A stretch of 63,953 nucleotides of DNA, filler included, from Vannella sp. (Eukaryota), in the NCBI GenBank assembly GCA_023345925.1. It is 7 parts of 7 records of this genome, joined end to end, with 100 filler letters (N's around TTAATTAATTAA, not from the genome) between each part and the next. Parts side by side here need not be neighbours in the genome. Positions count along the whole stretch, not along the records: positions 8,371 to 23,709 come from JAJQQN010001271.1; positions 23,810 to 35,425 come from JAJQQN010001461.1; 5 more parts are not named here. One strand, written 5' to 3'. The first letter of the stretch is position 1, and each line of letters opens with the position of its first letter. Position numbers and translations under genes: made by a program. Positions 12,450-24,276 of this stretch are shown in pieces. The notes below the pieces were generated by a model that did not search any database, was not told the DNA's origin, and saw only the letters and a list, made by a program, of their open reading frames with translations.

Positions 12450-15108
12450 TTAATAGTCATCATCGTCGCGGAAGTCGCCAAACTCCCATCGACCGGAACG
12501 GGCCAGGCGAGCGTCATTCTGCTTTTCGCGAAGGCGCTGCAAAAGGTTCTTTTTGCGAGGATCTGTTGCTTGCGTGCGACTGGGGACGATTGCCATTCCA
12601 GCTTCCACCATTTGAACATTGACCAATTCGTTTCCGTCTCCCAAGCAGACGAGAGAACGCCCATTCTCAATGGACTCAACACTGGCAAAGAGAGCCTTCT
12701 TTGAAGTAAGGCTGTAAAAGAGATCAGCAGCCTCCTCCCCATAGTCCTCATCCACTCCAGGAATTTGCAAAAAGGCAAGACTGCATTCCTTGGCTTGGGC
12801 GGGAGCTGAAGCTAACTTAGAGCTCAAAGGACGCAGCTCGGATCCATTCAGTGAGAACGCATTTCCATAATCCACGCAGACGACAGAGACTTTGTTCTTA
12901 TCCACCTTCTCAACGCGAACGCGGTGCCAAGTGTTCTCAAAAAGAGCAGCATAAAGGCCTCCCCTCTTCACATTCATGTTTGGGACAATTTCGTGAGTCT
13001 CTTGGTTCAGCTCATCCATGATTGCATCCAGAGTGGCAGCACTGTCAGTCATTTGGAGGAAGAACCAGTTACCATCGACCACCTCAGTCACTTTAACGTT
13101 AAACAATCGAACTTTGTCACCACCTTCTTCCTTCTTGTCCTCAGAAGGCGCCTGCTGAAGTGTCCAGATGCGGATTCCTTTGCCCTTTGCAATCTCCTCG
13201 GCTTCTTTGTACTCTGCAGCATAGTTGGTTGTCTCAGCGTTTTTCGACGTCTGAGCGTATCCCATTTCCAACAGAGAGACACCCAAGTTCTGTCCACCAA
13301 TAAAGAGACTTCCAAAGAAGTTCCCTGCTTGATCCAAAGAGTCGATGATGACATCGACATCCCTCTGGTAGACCTTTTCGTAGACAAAGTCGAAGACTTC
13401 TTTGGCAAGCTCCTTCTCTTTGGGGTTTGAATCGCGCTCAGTGGGGGTTCGCACTGCTTCAAGACCAAATGCGATAACGCAGTTCTCACTTGGAATACTG
13501 AGCTTGACGCGGGTGCCATTGAAAACGTGCTCAACAATGCCAGAGACTCGTCCAGCTCGTTGGAGGGAGCCAAAGAACTGCTTGGCCTTCTGCTTAGACT
13601 CTCTCTTTTCGGACTCCGTACCGCGAAGAGACATATCACTGACTCGGTAGACTGGAGCTGGTGCTTTCTTGTTCCACAAGTTCTTGTTCTGTGACCGAGC
13701 GCGGTTCTCAGCGATAGTGAGCTCCTGGTAAGTATTAGACTTCTCATTGTCGTCATAGGAAGTGACGTTTGCAAGGCCAGCTTCGACGAGCATCAGGGCC
13801 AAGCTTGTCTTCTCCAAGAAGACGGTCGAGTACTCCCTCTCATTGCGCTCGTAGTCCAAGGTTACTGTGACCTTCTTGCCCAAAGCTTTCTTTCGAAGAA
13901 GCTCTCGCGCCTCGTAGGCGTAAGGCTGCACCTCAGAGCGGGTCATGCGGGGAACTTTGACGTTGGAGAAGATCACAAACTTGGCCTCGCCAGTGGTCAC
14001 GTCCTCTACCATGATGGAGGATCCGTCACGAATCTCTTTCACCTTCCCTGAGAACTGCTTCTTGCTGCCAGAGGCCTCCAATGCCGTTGCAAACTTCCAA
14101 ACGCGCAGCTTCTTTTCCGCAGCCTCCTTCTGGAAGCTCTTGAGAGTCTCTAGCTCAGTGGGTGGAGCATTCCACTCCACCAACTTGGAGTATCCGTTGC
14201 GGACCAACTGACCAGCGAGAGAGTGGCCTGACATCTCCACGGATCCGTAGAACTCTCCATTGCGGTTGGCCTCGCCAGGAGCTGTGATAGTCAACTGCAC
14301 AGTGCGATGGAGAAGATGGCGCTCCACAAAGAAGCGAGCTTCCAGAGCGAATGGCTCAGGTGCCTCTCCCTCCTCCTGACGCGCCTTCGAAGGGACTTTT
14401 GGGGCATTCACACCCGCTACTTTGATCGTCAGCTTCTGCATCGAGTCCAAGAGAAGGACATTGAAGCATCCAGCATCGCGGATGTACTCTACCACAGCAG
14501 AGACAGGTCGATCCTTGTACTGGTCATAGAGCTTCATGGTTGGCACCTTCTCAGGCTTGGGAGTCTCCGCGTGAGTGAGATCCTCTTGATAGATTCCTGC
14601 CTTCTGCTCCTTTGCGCGAGTATGGGCTTCGATCAAGGTCTTATGCTCCTCACTAGAAGATACTCAGCAAAGGAATCCGAACGAATGCCCGAGCACTTAC
14701 GTGCGCGGCTCTTTGCCATCAGGGGCAGGTCGGACCTCAGCCCAGCCAGCTTCTGCCACAGCTTCAGCAAGAGAGACACCTGCTTCGGTCTCTACTACGC
14801 CATACTCGCGGCCATTGGCAGTCTTGTGCTCCACCCTGAAGCGTACTTTCTTGCCAATCGCCATTTCGCGGAGGAACTCGCGCGATTTCCAAGCCCAGGG
14901 CTTCCACGAAGGTTAGGTACCTCGTAAGTACACGCTGGGTGGAGGAGCTTACCTGGTCTGGCGAATTATTGTGTCCAAGGCGAGGGGCAGAAAGGTTCGT
15001 GAGGAACACATCCCGTACTGGAGGCGGGCCGTTGGCCTTGACCGTCTCAAAGATGCTGACAGAGTCCCCCGAGTTGACCGCGCGTACAACTCCATAACCC
15101 ACCGACAT
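12450..15108 (-). CDS. SND1: Tudor staphylococcal nuclease (SND1/p100)
   Basis: Starts MSVGYGVVRAVNSGDS...LSAPRLG. Four SN-like repeats (EPFALEARFF, AYEARELLRK), a Tudor domain (WHRVRV...VDYGN) and C-terminal WEFGDF. Confidence 0.93.
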
Positions 15109-15329
15109 CGTCGACGTGGCAAACAAAGACCCCAAATGACCCTTTCCCGGAACTCATTAATTGCGCCGCCCTTTTTTCTATGACAGTGGTTCGGGTAATC
15201 AGTAAATTCCCCTCTACAGCAGATTTATTCCTTTTGTTTGGGCGATTTTGGGGGCTTTGCTGAACAGCCAATCAGAGCGAGGGAGGGTTCGGCGGTTTGA
15301 TTGGTGGAGGGGAAGGCGTGCGGATTAGT

Positions 15330-18227
15330 TCATGTGTAGAATTCATCGATGGAGATGCCGTGGAAGGCGAGGGCTAGGCGTTGTTGGAGGCAACCAGTGA
15401 CGGCGGAGATCAATCCGGCAGGGGATGCTTTGATGAGGACAGCGCCGCCGATGCCAAGACCGATTCCGAGTGGAACAAGAGCGAGAGGTCCGGCAACCAT
15501 AGTCAGTGGAGCAGCTGTTAATACGAGAGCCCCTCCAATAATCCCGGCAGCGCCCATTCCGACAAGTTGCCGTTTCCGAGACTTTTCATCTTTCCGGCGG
15601 ATGACGTCTCCCCATGAGTAGACTTCGTTGGCTTTTTTTGCAGAAGCAGAAGTGGCTCTTTGAACTGACATCTTGTGGATAAACGGTTGCATGCAATAGC
15701 CATTGCCATGAAGTAGTCCCATCGTGTCAAGGTATACTTCGTCCTCTGCAAAAGTTGATCTTTCTCGTTGAAGTTCTTGTCGAACACGGTGTTCTTCTTC
15801 TTCCTTCTGGCTTGGGGTAAGTTTTCTCTTATTCTCTTTGGCAGTCTCTAACTTCTGCAAGTCTGAATCGGTCAGGCTGAGGAAAAGGTAATGGACAATT
15901 TCCTCCAGCTCGAGAAGGGCGGGATCATTGGGGCTTTGGCACAGCTTAAAAGTATGAGCAACACCCTTGTTCTTTTCTTTAAGCTTTTGAGTGATCTCCT
16001 TTGGAATGTACTTGCCCTGAGCCTTTTTGACTTTGATCCCACTTCCATACAGAATCATCCACCAATTACTATTCCTTGCAAGAGGGTTGACAGTCCTTGC
16101 CGAGTTGTTCGAACGATTGCGCATTCCCTTTCCAGAGCAAGTGAGCATATGCCAGGCCTCACGATGGGAATCGAATTGAGTGTACCAAGAGGTGTTGACT
16201 AGTGAAATGCCCAGCATATCTGCAAGTGCCGCTCTTCGGCGAGGAGACATTGAGACAAGGTATAAGAAGGGCCGAATGAGTCCATCTGCAAGGGCTTTGG
16301 TTTTCTTCTTGGATTTGCGCCGCATCTCAGATACAGCTGGAAGGCAGTCATACTCCAACGAGAAGATGTCCTCATTAGGGAAAGAGTTCCAATATTCCCT
16401 GACGGCAGCCCGCTGAGAGTTCTTAATACTGAGCCAAATACGCCTTTCTGTCACTGAAATAGAAAGCATGTTTTCAAAGGCACCCCTGTATCCAGCAGAT
16501 CCATGGTCTTGCAGCATTGATGGAGAGAAATGTAGACGCCCATAATCACTTGGGGTGCTCTCGTACATCTGCCAAGTGTTGAATTGCTTCCCCCTCTTTT
16601 CTCGCCATAGTTGGTACGTCTTTCCCGCAGGAAAGAGATGAGATGGTTGTTCTGTGCGGAGGATCTGCTTTTGAACGTTTTGAGTGATCTCTTGGTCTAT
16701 CTCTGCCACAATCCTCATTATCTTCTTGTTCTCCGTGTTCAAAGCCATGTGATTCATCGCTCTTAGAAGAGCAAGAGCACCGTTATTCTTTCCCACACGA
16801 GCTACAAACATGCGCATACCCTGGTGTAAGTCCTGGACAGATCCCATGGATAAGCGAGTGACCGCGTCAAAGTGGTGAACGAAAGTTGTGAAATATGGTT
16901 CGCTCTCTTCCGCCAGTGCCAATGACACCACACATGGGGTAGCATATCCATATCCATGGATATCCCAATCAGGAAAATCTTCTTTCCACTTGATGCACAC
17001 TAAAGCAGCCACTGCCGCTCCCATACTGTGGCCACACACTCGTAACCGATAACCAGGGTTCCTAGCCATCTGCTCTATGATTAGTTCCTTGACAAAAGGC
17101 TCCAATTTGGTAATGGACTTGACGAATCCGTGATGGGCAAAGCCAGACTTCCACTTGACGAACTGAGCTGCCAAATCCACGAGGATATCCTCCTTCTCCT
17201 TTGTCCCCCGCAGTGCCAGAATCACGTTTTTCTCATCGTGATCAAGTGCACAGTACCATGCAGGGGCCTCCACAAGCGTAGACTTGTCCCAGTTTCCTTC
17301 AATGAAGTCACATTCATCGAGAAATGGCAAACGTTCGAGAACTCGCTTTTTCTCTCCTTTGTAAGCCGCAAAGGCGAACTGAGAGTAATGGTATCCCTCT
17401 AAGATGATCTTCTCATCAAAGACAGCTTGCTTCTTCTCAAGCTTTGGCTTGCTAAAGGCTGCCAAGCAGAAGAAGAAAGTGGCAATGTCCAAAGGGGAGT
17501 CTTCCCAGTCCTTGCAGTACGTTTCTACCACACTTCCCACATCTCCAAAGCGGCCTTTCTTCTTTGAATCAGTCCTATAGTCCTGGTTGGAACCGTTCCC
17601 AGCGTCAGAGCCGTCTTCTCCCTCCTTAAAGAGGTCTTCTTCGTCCTCTTGCCACTGGACGATCCAGTTCTTGTAGTAAGAGGTCTCTTCATCTGTTGTA
17701 TCACTTTCACTTGCACCAAACTCTTCTGTGACGTCTTCCAAGCTTGCTAAAGATCGCGGAGACTCTTCGTTTGGTCTAGATGGCGATGCTGGCAGAGAGA
17801 GGGCCCCTCCTTCTGATTGCTTGACCGACCTTGATGGCCGATATCCCATCCACGCCTTTGAAGGGGAAGGCGTCGAGGGTTGGACGGGCGAAGCCTCCTC
17901 AAGGACTGAAGGGAGAGTGTGTGGCGCCGCAGCAGCGGCAGGGACCGGTGGTAGGGCTTTTGGAGATGGAGGTATATCGGGTAATGGCCCAAGACCTTCC
18001 GGTATGGAGGGAAGAGCCCCAGGAGCGGAGGGTAATGGCTTCCGCCCTAAAGAAAGAGGAGAGAACGCTCCTTGTCCCGAAGGTGGAGGTGGTAACGGCT
18101 TACTCGTTGTTGCCTTTGTGAAGTAACCAAAAGAGGCGTCCCGCCTTGGCTGTGGAGGAGGCGGAGGAGTCTCTGCATGTTCGAATGCGGAATGCGCCCG
18201 TCGCAGTGGAAGAGAAGGCGCGGACAT
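15330..18227 (-). CDS. Class 3 lipase (DAG-lipase-like) with Pro-rich N-terminus and long C-terminal extension
   Basis: 965-aa single ORF with LALRGT, HHGF, GHSMG nucleophile elbow, DAVTRLS and a MLQDH candidate catalytic His. Confidence 0.85.
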   Translation of the reverse strand: MSAPSLPLRRAHSAFEHAETPPPPPQPRRDASFGYFTKATTSKPLPPPPSGQGAFSPLSLGRKPLPSAPGALPSIPEGLGPLPDIPPSPKALPPVPAAAAAPHTLPSVLEEASPVQPSTPSPSKAWMGYRPSRSVKQSEGGALSLPASPSRPNEESPRSLASLEDVTEEFGASESDTTDEETSYYKNWIVQWQEDEEDLFKEGEDGSDAGNGSNQDYRTDSKKKGRFGDVGSVVETYCKDWEDSPLDIATFFFCLAAFSKPKLEKKQAVFDEKIILEGYHYSQFAFAAYKGEKKRVLERLPFLDECDFIEGNWDKSTLVEAPAWYCALDHDEKNVILALRGTKEKEDILVDLAAQFVKWKSGFAHHGFVKSITKLEPFVKELIIEQMARNPGYRLRVCGHSMGAAVAALVCIKWKEDFPDWDIHGYGYATPCVVSLALAEESEPYFTTFVHHFDAVTRLSMGSVQDLHQGMRMFVARVGKNNGALALLRAMNHMALNTENKKIMRIVAEIDQEITQNVQKQILRTEQPSHLFPAGKTYQLWREKRGKQFNTWQMYESTPSDYGRLHFSPSMLQDHGSAGYRGAFENMLSISVTERRIWLSIKNSQRAAVREYWNSFPNEDIFSLEYDCLPAVSEMRRKSKKKTKALADGLIRPFLYLVSMSPRRRAALADMLGISLVNTSWYTQFDSHREAWHMLTCSGKGMRNRSNNSARTVNPLARNSNWWMILYGSGIKVKKAQGKYIPKEITQKLKEKNKGVAHTFKLCQSPNDPALLELEEIVHYLFLSLTDSDLQKLETAKENKRKLTPSQKEEEEHRVRQELQRERSTFAEDEVYLDTMGLLHGNGYCMQPFIHKMSVQRATSASAKKANEVYSWGDVIRRKDEKSRKRQLVGMGAAGIIGGALVLTAAPLTMVAGPLALVPLGIGLGIGGAVLIKASPAGLISAVTGCLQQRLALAFHGISIDEFYT

Positions 18228-18280
18228 GATGAAATGACGTACCTTCGTACTTCTACTACTTAAGAGCTCTCATTCTATAG

Positions 18281-20778
18281 ATGTGGGCTCGGTGGGGGCA
18301 TGGGGGAGTGGCATTGCTGCTGGTGGCCTTCTTCGCCTTCGTTCTTGCAGAGGGACCAGCAACGACTATACAGTTTGATAGTGCCATCCCAAGTGACTTA
18401 CAGGAACGGTTGAGTAGGCTGGTACAAGCAGCATCGCCTGGTTTGGTGAAGGAACTGAGCCAAACGGCCCCAGTGGACTACTCTCAATGGCCTTCGGGGT
18501 CCATCATCCTGTCCTTTGGTAACGCAACTTATGCCAATACGCTCATCTCCTCATCAGAGCTGGAATCTCTCGGTCCAGAGGGATTCATCGTCCGTTCTGG
18601 CGCTCCCTCGTCTGGTGTGACACTCTTTGCTGCAAACGGCAATCCGCTTGATGATATGAGGCCCTTTAAGACCTGGAACAACATTGGACTCCACTTTGGA
18701 GCCTACCAGCTGCTAAAGGAGCTCGGTTTTGGCTTCCTTCATCCTCTTCAACAACTCATTCCTCGATCTCTTCGCCTTCCCGCTCAACCATTAGATGTGG
18801 TAGAGACTCCTAAGTGGGGTGCTCGTGGGTGGCATTACCATACCGAGCACCCCTTGGAGCTGACCGAGTTTCTGAACGGAATGGACTCGGCCAGTGAAGC
18901 GTGGGAGTCCATGGCGGGCGAGTTTGAACAGTTTGCGGAATGGCTCATCGCTAATCGTCAGAACCGGTTGGAGTGGGTCCTTCTTTGGACGCGGGTTTGG
19001 GATGAATTCGCTTGGAGTGAGGAAAGGCAACAGCGTTTGGGTCAGATTGTCGACATTCTTCATGTTTATGGTATTGCTGCAGGTGCAGACGTTCCTATTG
19101 CTGAACAACAGCAACATGCATGGTACATGACTGGTCCTCGAGACACAGCAGAGCAACAGCTGGCCAATATCTCAAGACACATCGATTGGTTGATGGTTCC
19201 CGGATTCGACTTTATCTCAACAGAGTCTGGATTCTCTGAATTCACTCATCCTAACTGTACGCTGATGGTCTCTTGGATGAACTATGCGACAGAGTACCTG
19301 CTATCCACTTACGAAGGCAAACGCATTTACATCAAGTGCCATTGTAGTACTGGCCAGACATGTCCTGAGTATGAGGATCCCTTTACGGGAGAACCTCTGA
19401 ACTTCAATTTCCTTCCTGCCTTTGCCACAGGAGATTTGGGGATTTATCCCCACACCGTCCAGACATACACTCTTGCGCAACCAGCTCCTACTTACGGTAA
19501 TCAGAACTTTACTTATATGCTGGAGTTTCTTGTACAGGAAACTGGGCATCGAGAAGTCATTTGGCACCCGGAAACTGCATATTGGGTGAATTACGACATC
19601 GACACTCCTCTCTTCCTCCCGCCAGTGTATGGAGCTAACCGGATTACTGATCTCAGAATCATATCCAAAGCAACTGGAGCTGCCCATCGGCAAATGCAAG
19701 GTCAAATTAACTTTGGGTCTGGTTGGGAATGGGGTTATTGGCGTAAGTCTACGTCCCTGCTCTCAGCTACTTCTTGATAACTCACTTGACATGATTAGTC
19801 GGGGATCTATTAACGGCCAGTTCTTCCTGGGACCCTTTAGATTCAGAAGATGACGCCACGGCACTTCGTTCAATTCTCACCAGCTCTTTGAGATCGTTTG
19901 GACCTACCTCAGCAGTGAAAGAGCTCGTCACTATCATAGAAAACATTATCCAGTCAGAAACTGACTTACTGATCTACGGAAACTGGAACGGAACGGCTCC
20001 GTCGAATGTCGTCCGCCGGAATGGGCAAGCTTACCTTCAAGGATGGGACACTTGGAGTGATTTAGCTGAAGCTGTTAAGCCAGGTGATGCCACACAACCA
20101 GCCAAACTTACTTTCCACGATATTCGGGATCCCTTCCAACTCCTGAGCGGTCGAGACTTGCCAGATTACGAGAAAGAGATTCAACCGCTCTTGACTGCAA
20201 TGCAGTTGAATTTTACTTCATTGACAACTTCCCTTGCATCTTTACGAAGCCAAATGTATCCAGAAGCACTGCCATTCTTCGACGAACTTGTGGATTCGAT
20301 GAACATAACTGCCTTACGAGCTCAAGAAGTGTATTTGCTGTATGAATACGTTTGGGGAGCTCGCCATCGAACCCCAAGCTGGAGAGAACAGAAGATTCTC
20401 CAGGCAAACCAAGTACTCATTCAGGTCCAAGAAGTCATCACCCGAAGAGAGAGTTCTTATCGAGTGCCTGTCGAGCGTATTGCGGGATGGAGAGTAAATC
20501 CTACCGCCTATCATTACGGGTATCTCTGGACGGTACATAGTGCCTATTACTTTTGGAGGGACTACAGTCAAGCCACTGACACATCTTTGTCCGTCAAGTC
20601 ACCCTGTTTTATGAATATTATCACTCCAGCGACCATCGGATTCGGTCCCGGCGAGCTACTCAAGCTCAGCCTTGAGGTTGGACATTGGCTCGACCAACAT
20701 GGCCTCAACAGCCTCAGTAACTGCACCCATCGGCCCGTTGAAGAGCCCATTTACCCTTTCACTCCCATCGTTTTCTAA
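18281..20778 (+). CDS. Secreted uncharacterised protein, possibly a glycoside-hydrolase-like fold; 2 exons
   Basis: Signal peptide, a GH20/GH67-like N-domain pattern (LGPEGFIVRS...GAYQLLKELGFGFLHP), RGWHYHTEHPLEL. Intron 19743-19798 joins the two ORFs in frame. Confidence 0.7.
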
Positions 20779-21171
20779 CTCCTTTCAACGACTCCATGGT
20801 CATACAAGAGGAATAAGCATTGAGCTATTCAATTGTTCATAGCGGGTATCGTTCCATTCTCTACATGGCATTCCAGGTCACTTCTCTCCTCAAAACACCA
20901 CGAAAGAGTTCTTTTCTCTCGTTGAGAGGCAGAGTGGGCACGGGTTGATGAGGATGGAACTGAGTCCTTGTGGGCTAGTTGTCTCTGGCGTTAGATTTCG
21001 GCACAAAGATTGTAAAGGGCTCCCTCCGGAGGTTGCCAGTTGAGGTGGTCGGGTAGAAAGCTCTTTATCCCTTCCTCGAGACTCAGTAATGAAGCCTAAC
21101 TACGCGGTGACTGACCTATCGGTTTTGGTGTTAATCGCGTGGTATAGTCCAGATTCATTCATTCATTGGGA

Positions 21172-22233
21172 ATGCCCTTTGGCGAGCACACGCTCCTCCT
21201 CTCTCTTGAAGGGGGCCTTTGGGCTTTTGGATGCAACAGAGAAGGTCAACTCGGTCTCGGTCACCAGGACGAGCAACTCACACCAGCGAAGGTCCCCTGG
21301 AATGGCCCGCAGCCGGTTCAGGTGGACTGGGGATGCGATCACTCCCTCGTCCTTGATGCGGAGGGCGGCGTGTGGCAGGCTGGCTCCGGCTTCTCTGCGT
21401 CTCCTCTCACCTTCGAACGAGTTCCAGAAGTACCTTCCATGACCCTGGTGGCTGCTGGCAAGTCTCACAGCGCTGCCCTTGACACCGAAGGCGGCCTTTG
21501 GGTGTGGGTGTGCGAAGATGATCTCTCTTGGGCGCGTTCTCTTCCCCAACGAGTGGAAGGCTTTCCTCCACTCCTCAAGGTGGCTTGCGGGTGGAACTTC
21601 CTCGTGGCAGAGGCTGAAGAAGGCCTCTGGGGGTTGGGCGACAACGAGTACGGGCAACTGGGCCTCGGCCACACCAACAGCGCCCTCCAACCGACTCTTG
21701 TCCAGGTGGAAGACCGCTCTGAAGGACCTCTTCGATGCCTGGCTGCCCTCGCTGATGGTGTGATGATCGTCGACTCTCAAGGAGGTGTCTTCTCCTCTGG
21801 AGACAACTCCCATGACCAACTGGGGCGCTCTTTTGGGGATGGTAAGAAGCTTCAGCGAATCATGAACAGGGACGTCCCTCCCATGCTTGGTGTCTCGTGC
21901 GGATTTCATCACACTCTCGCCCTGGACGAGAGCGGCGGCGTCTGGACCTGGGGATACGGTGGAGAAGGGCAATTGAGGACGGGAAGCACTTCCGATCAAC
22001 CCACTCTGGTCCCTTCGTTGAAAGGAATGAGCGCCCTGCTCGCTGGTGGATTCCATTCATTGGCGTTCCCACAGGAAGGCGGCCTGCTGGTCTTCGGATC
22101 CAACGAATACGGAGAACTCGGACTCAACTACACTACGAGCAAACGTTGCCCTCCTACGCTTTGCCCTATCCAGCCGGGTCTCCCTCATTCATTCACCAGC
22201 AGGTGCGCAAAGAAGAGTGCCCGCTTCCTTTGA
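21172..22233 (+). CDS. RCC1/BLIP-II-like repeat beta-propeller protein, copy 2
   Basis: Paralogue of 341-1408 with identical blocks KVPWNGPQPVQVDWG, EGPLRCLAAL and HSLAFPQEGGLLVFGSN. Ends KKSARFL*. Confidence 0.9.
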   Translation: MPFGEHTLLLSLEGGLWAFGCNREGQLGLGHQDEQLTPAKVPWNGPQPVQVDWGCDHSLVLDAEGGVWQAGSGFSASPLTFERVPEVPSMTLVAAGKSHSAALDTEGGLWVWVCEDDLSWARSLPQRVEGFPPLLKVACGWNFLVAEAEEGLWGLGDNEYGQLGLGHTNSALQPTLVQVEDRSEGPLRCLAALADGVMIVDSQGGVFSSGDNSHDQLGRSFGDGKKLQRIMNRDVPPMLGVSCGFHHTLALDESGGVWTWGYGGEGQLRTGSTSDQPTLVPSLKGMSALLAGGFHSLAFPQEGGLLVFGSNEYGELGLNYTTSKRCPPTLCPIQPGLPHSFTSRCAKKSARFL

Positions 22234-22974
22234 AGCCTTTCTGCATGAAACGGGCGCTTGCCATGACCGGAAGGAGGAAGGGAGAGCCCTCTTGAGGTTC
22301 AAAACGGATGGCAAAGACGATCATTTGCCTTGATGATAGGATATGGTTGGAATGACTTTAAGATAGTCTCCAAGCACCCACGCATTCGATTCCCATTGCA
22401 TACGCTGTCAATCGTGGGTTCAACCGAAAGATTGGAAAAAAGGTTTCCGATTCCTGCTCTGGCAAGAATCACTTTCTTTCTTTGCTGTCAGAAGAGGAAC
22501 CCTCACAACCTGACAACACTCCCGAATACAGAGACGAAGAGGTTACTCTAAACGTTAACAAAGAAGAGCGCCATGCCGGTTCGCTTCCGAGTGCTATCGG
22601 CTTCCTGAATTCAAAGCTCTCTCGGAAAAGTTCGTGGCCGTGCAAAACACTTCCTTCAGCGGCAGTTACGGCATATTGGATGGGGTTCCTGGTGAACTAA
22701 TGAATCAGGTCTCTCTATAATACTTCCAAATGATGCTAAGGGTCTCCAATTCAAGTGGGCAGAACGACTCGGTTCTTGATCCTACCAGCCGAAGAGCTCC
22801 AGAGGTCACTGCCTTTACACCAAGTCTGGAACTCCTTAAGAGCTTGAAAAAATCTCTTTGCAGTCTGAGATGCGGGCTGGACTATCAAGGAAAGCTTTCA
22901 CTCCTCAAGGAGAATCTAGGAAAGGAAGAAGAATTGATTTACTCTGATGGTCTTGATTCCAACCAGGGACTGTG

Positions 22975-23709
22975 ATGGAACCGTTGTTGCCGATGGCCAC
23001 AGATTTACATGGAAGTATTCTGAAAGAACCGACATTCTACTCTGACAATCTCAAACCGCGAGTGAAAGTCAGGAATCCCTCAGGAGCCGTGGCACTGACC
23101 TTTGATGTATTTGGCACCGCCAATCAATCGAACAAGATGGATTCTGATTCCTTCATCGAGGGAATGGAAGAGATCTACAAAAGAGGACATCGCCACGTTG
23201 GCTTTCTGGTAGATTACTCCGGACCTATCCCAAGAGGCCCAGGCGAGCTGTTGCTTTGCAATTTGAAGGCCTCTCATCAAGCCATGTACAATGCCATGTG
23301 CTCTCGTTGTCCGGGCAGTGTGGAGATAGTGGCAGTCTCTCTTCGAAGGAACCAAATCTACCTCAAAGCTGTGATGGACTTTCAACTTCTGGAAGCGGGC
23401 GAATTCTACTGGCTTGTCGAAAATGGTGATCTCGTTGATTATAATAGTGATGACGATGGTGATGCCCTTAATCGGTCAGATGAATACCTCAGCTTCTTAT
23501 CCAATAATGTTGAGTTCGACAACTACGATGAAATCAGACAGAACAGTCAGGATTGGCCTTGTGTGATTAGCGACGGAAACAAATTAGGAGACGTTGTGTT
23601 CCTGGCAAGTGACAACAGGCTCAACGTCACTCACCAAACGAACCCGAATTGCAGTTCAGGTGAGGAATGTCATCTAGTTTACGCATTTGCGGTGATTGCC
23701 GAGTTATCC
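22975..23709 (+). CDS. Hypothetical protein, 3' truncated by spacer
   Basis: About 245 open codons with globular-looking composition. No recognisable family. Confidence 0.45.
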
Positions 23710-23809
23710 NNNNNNNNNNNNNNNNNNNNNNNNNNNNNNNNNNNNNNNNNNNNTTAATTAATTAANNNNNNNNNNNNNNNNNNNNNNNNNNNNNNNNNNN
23801 NNNNNNNNN
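23710..23809. other. Artificial contig spacer
   Basis: N44-TTAATTAATTAA-N44. Confidence 0.98.
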
Positions 23810-23855
23810 TTCTCGAGATCCGAGTTCGATTCTCGGTGGAGCCTGATCTTTTTTG

Positions 23856-24253
23856 ATGTCGGTGGAGGCAGCGGTTTTCTCAAAGCTTCGGGCGGCTCTT
23901 GCTCCCTTGCATCTCGAGATACTGAATGAAAGTTGGCAGCACAACGTCCCTAAGGGTAGCGAGACCCACTTCCGGTATGGCAGGGCGGGACCAAGAGGGC
24001 GGTCTGATCGTGGTGAAATAGAATCGTTGTCGTATCTGAGCGCTTCAACGGCCAGTCCAGGATCCAACAACACCGAATGATTCACCACGCCCTTGCTGAG
24101 GAACTTCGCACGGGCATCCACGCTTTGGCCTTGCAAACCACCCCCGCCAACAAGTGGACGGATCCTTCGTCCCCTCCCCTGGCAGAAGACTCCCCCAAAT
24201 GCCTGGGAGGCATGAAGCGCGAGATGCAAAGCAAAGAGGGCCTCAAGGAATAG
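23856..24253 (+). CDS. BOLA1: BolA-family protein (BolA1 type), 2 exons
   Basis: LEILNESWQHNVPKGSETHFR|IVVVSERF...HRMIHHALAEEL...IHALAL...SPKCLGG. Confidence 0.9.
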
Positions 24254-24276
24254 ACATGGATTCCTTTATTGGCACG

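Noticed and set aside
22561..22590. aagaagagcgcc (KKSA) resembling another RCC1 tail
   Set aside because: Only 12 nt match, with no upstream RCC1 repeats and no stop at the expected place. Likely chance.
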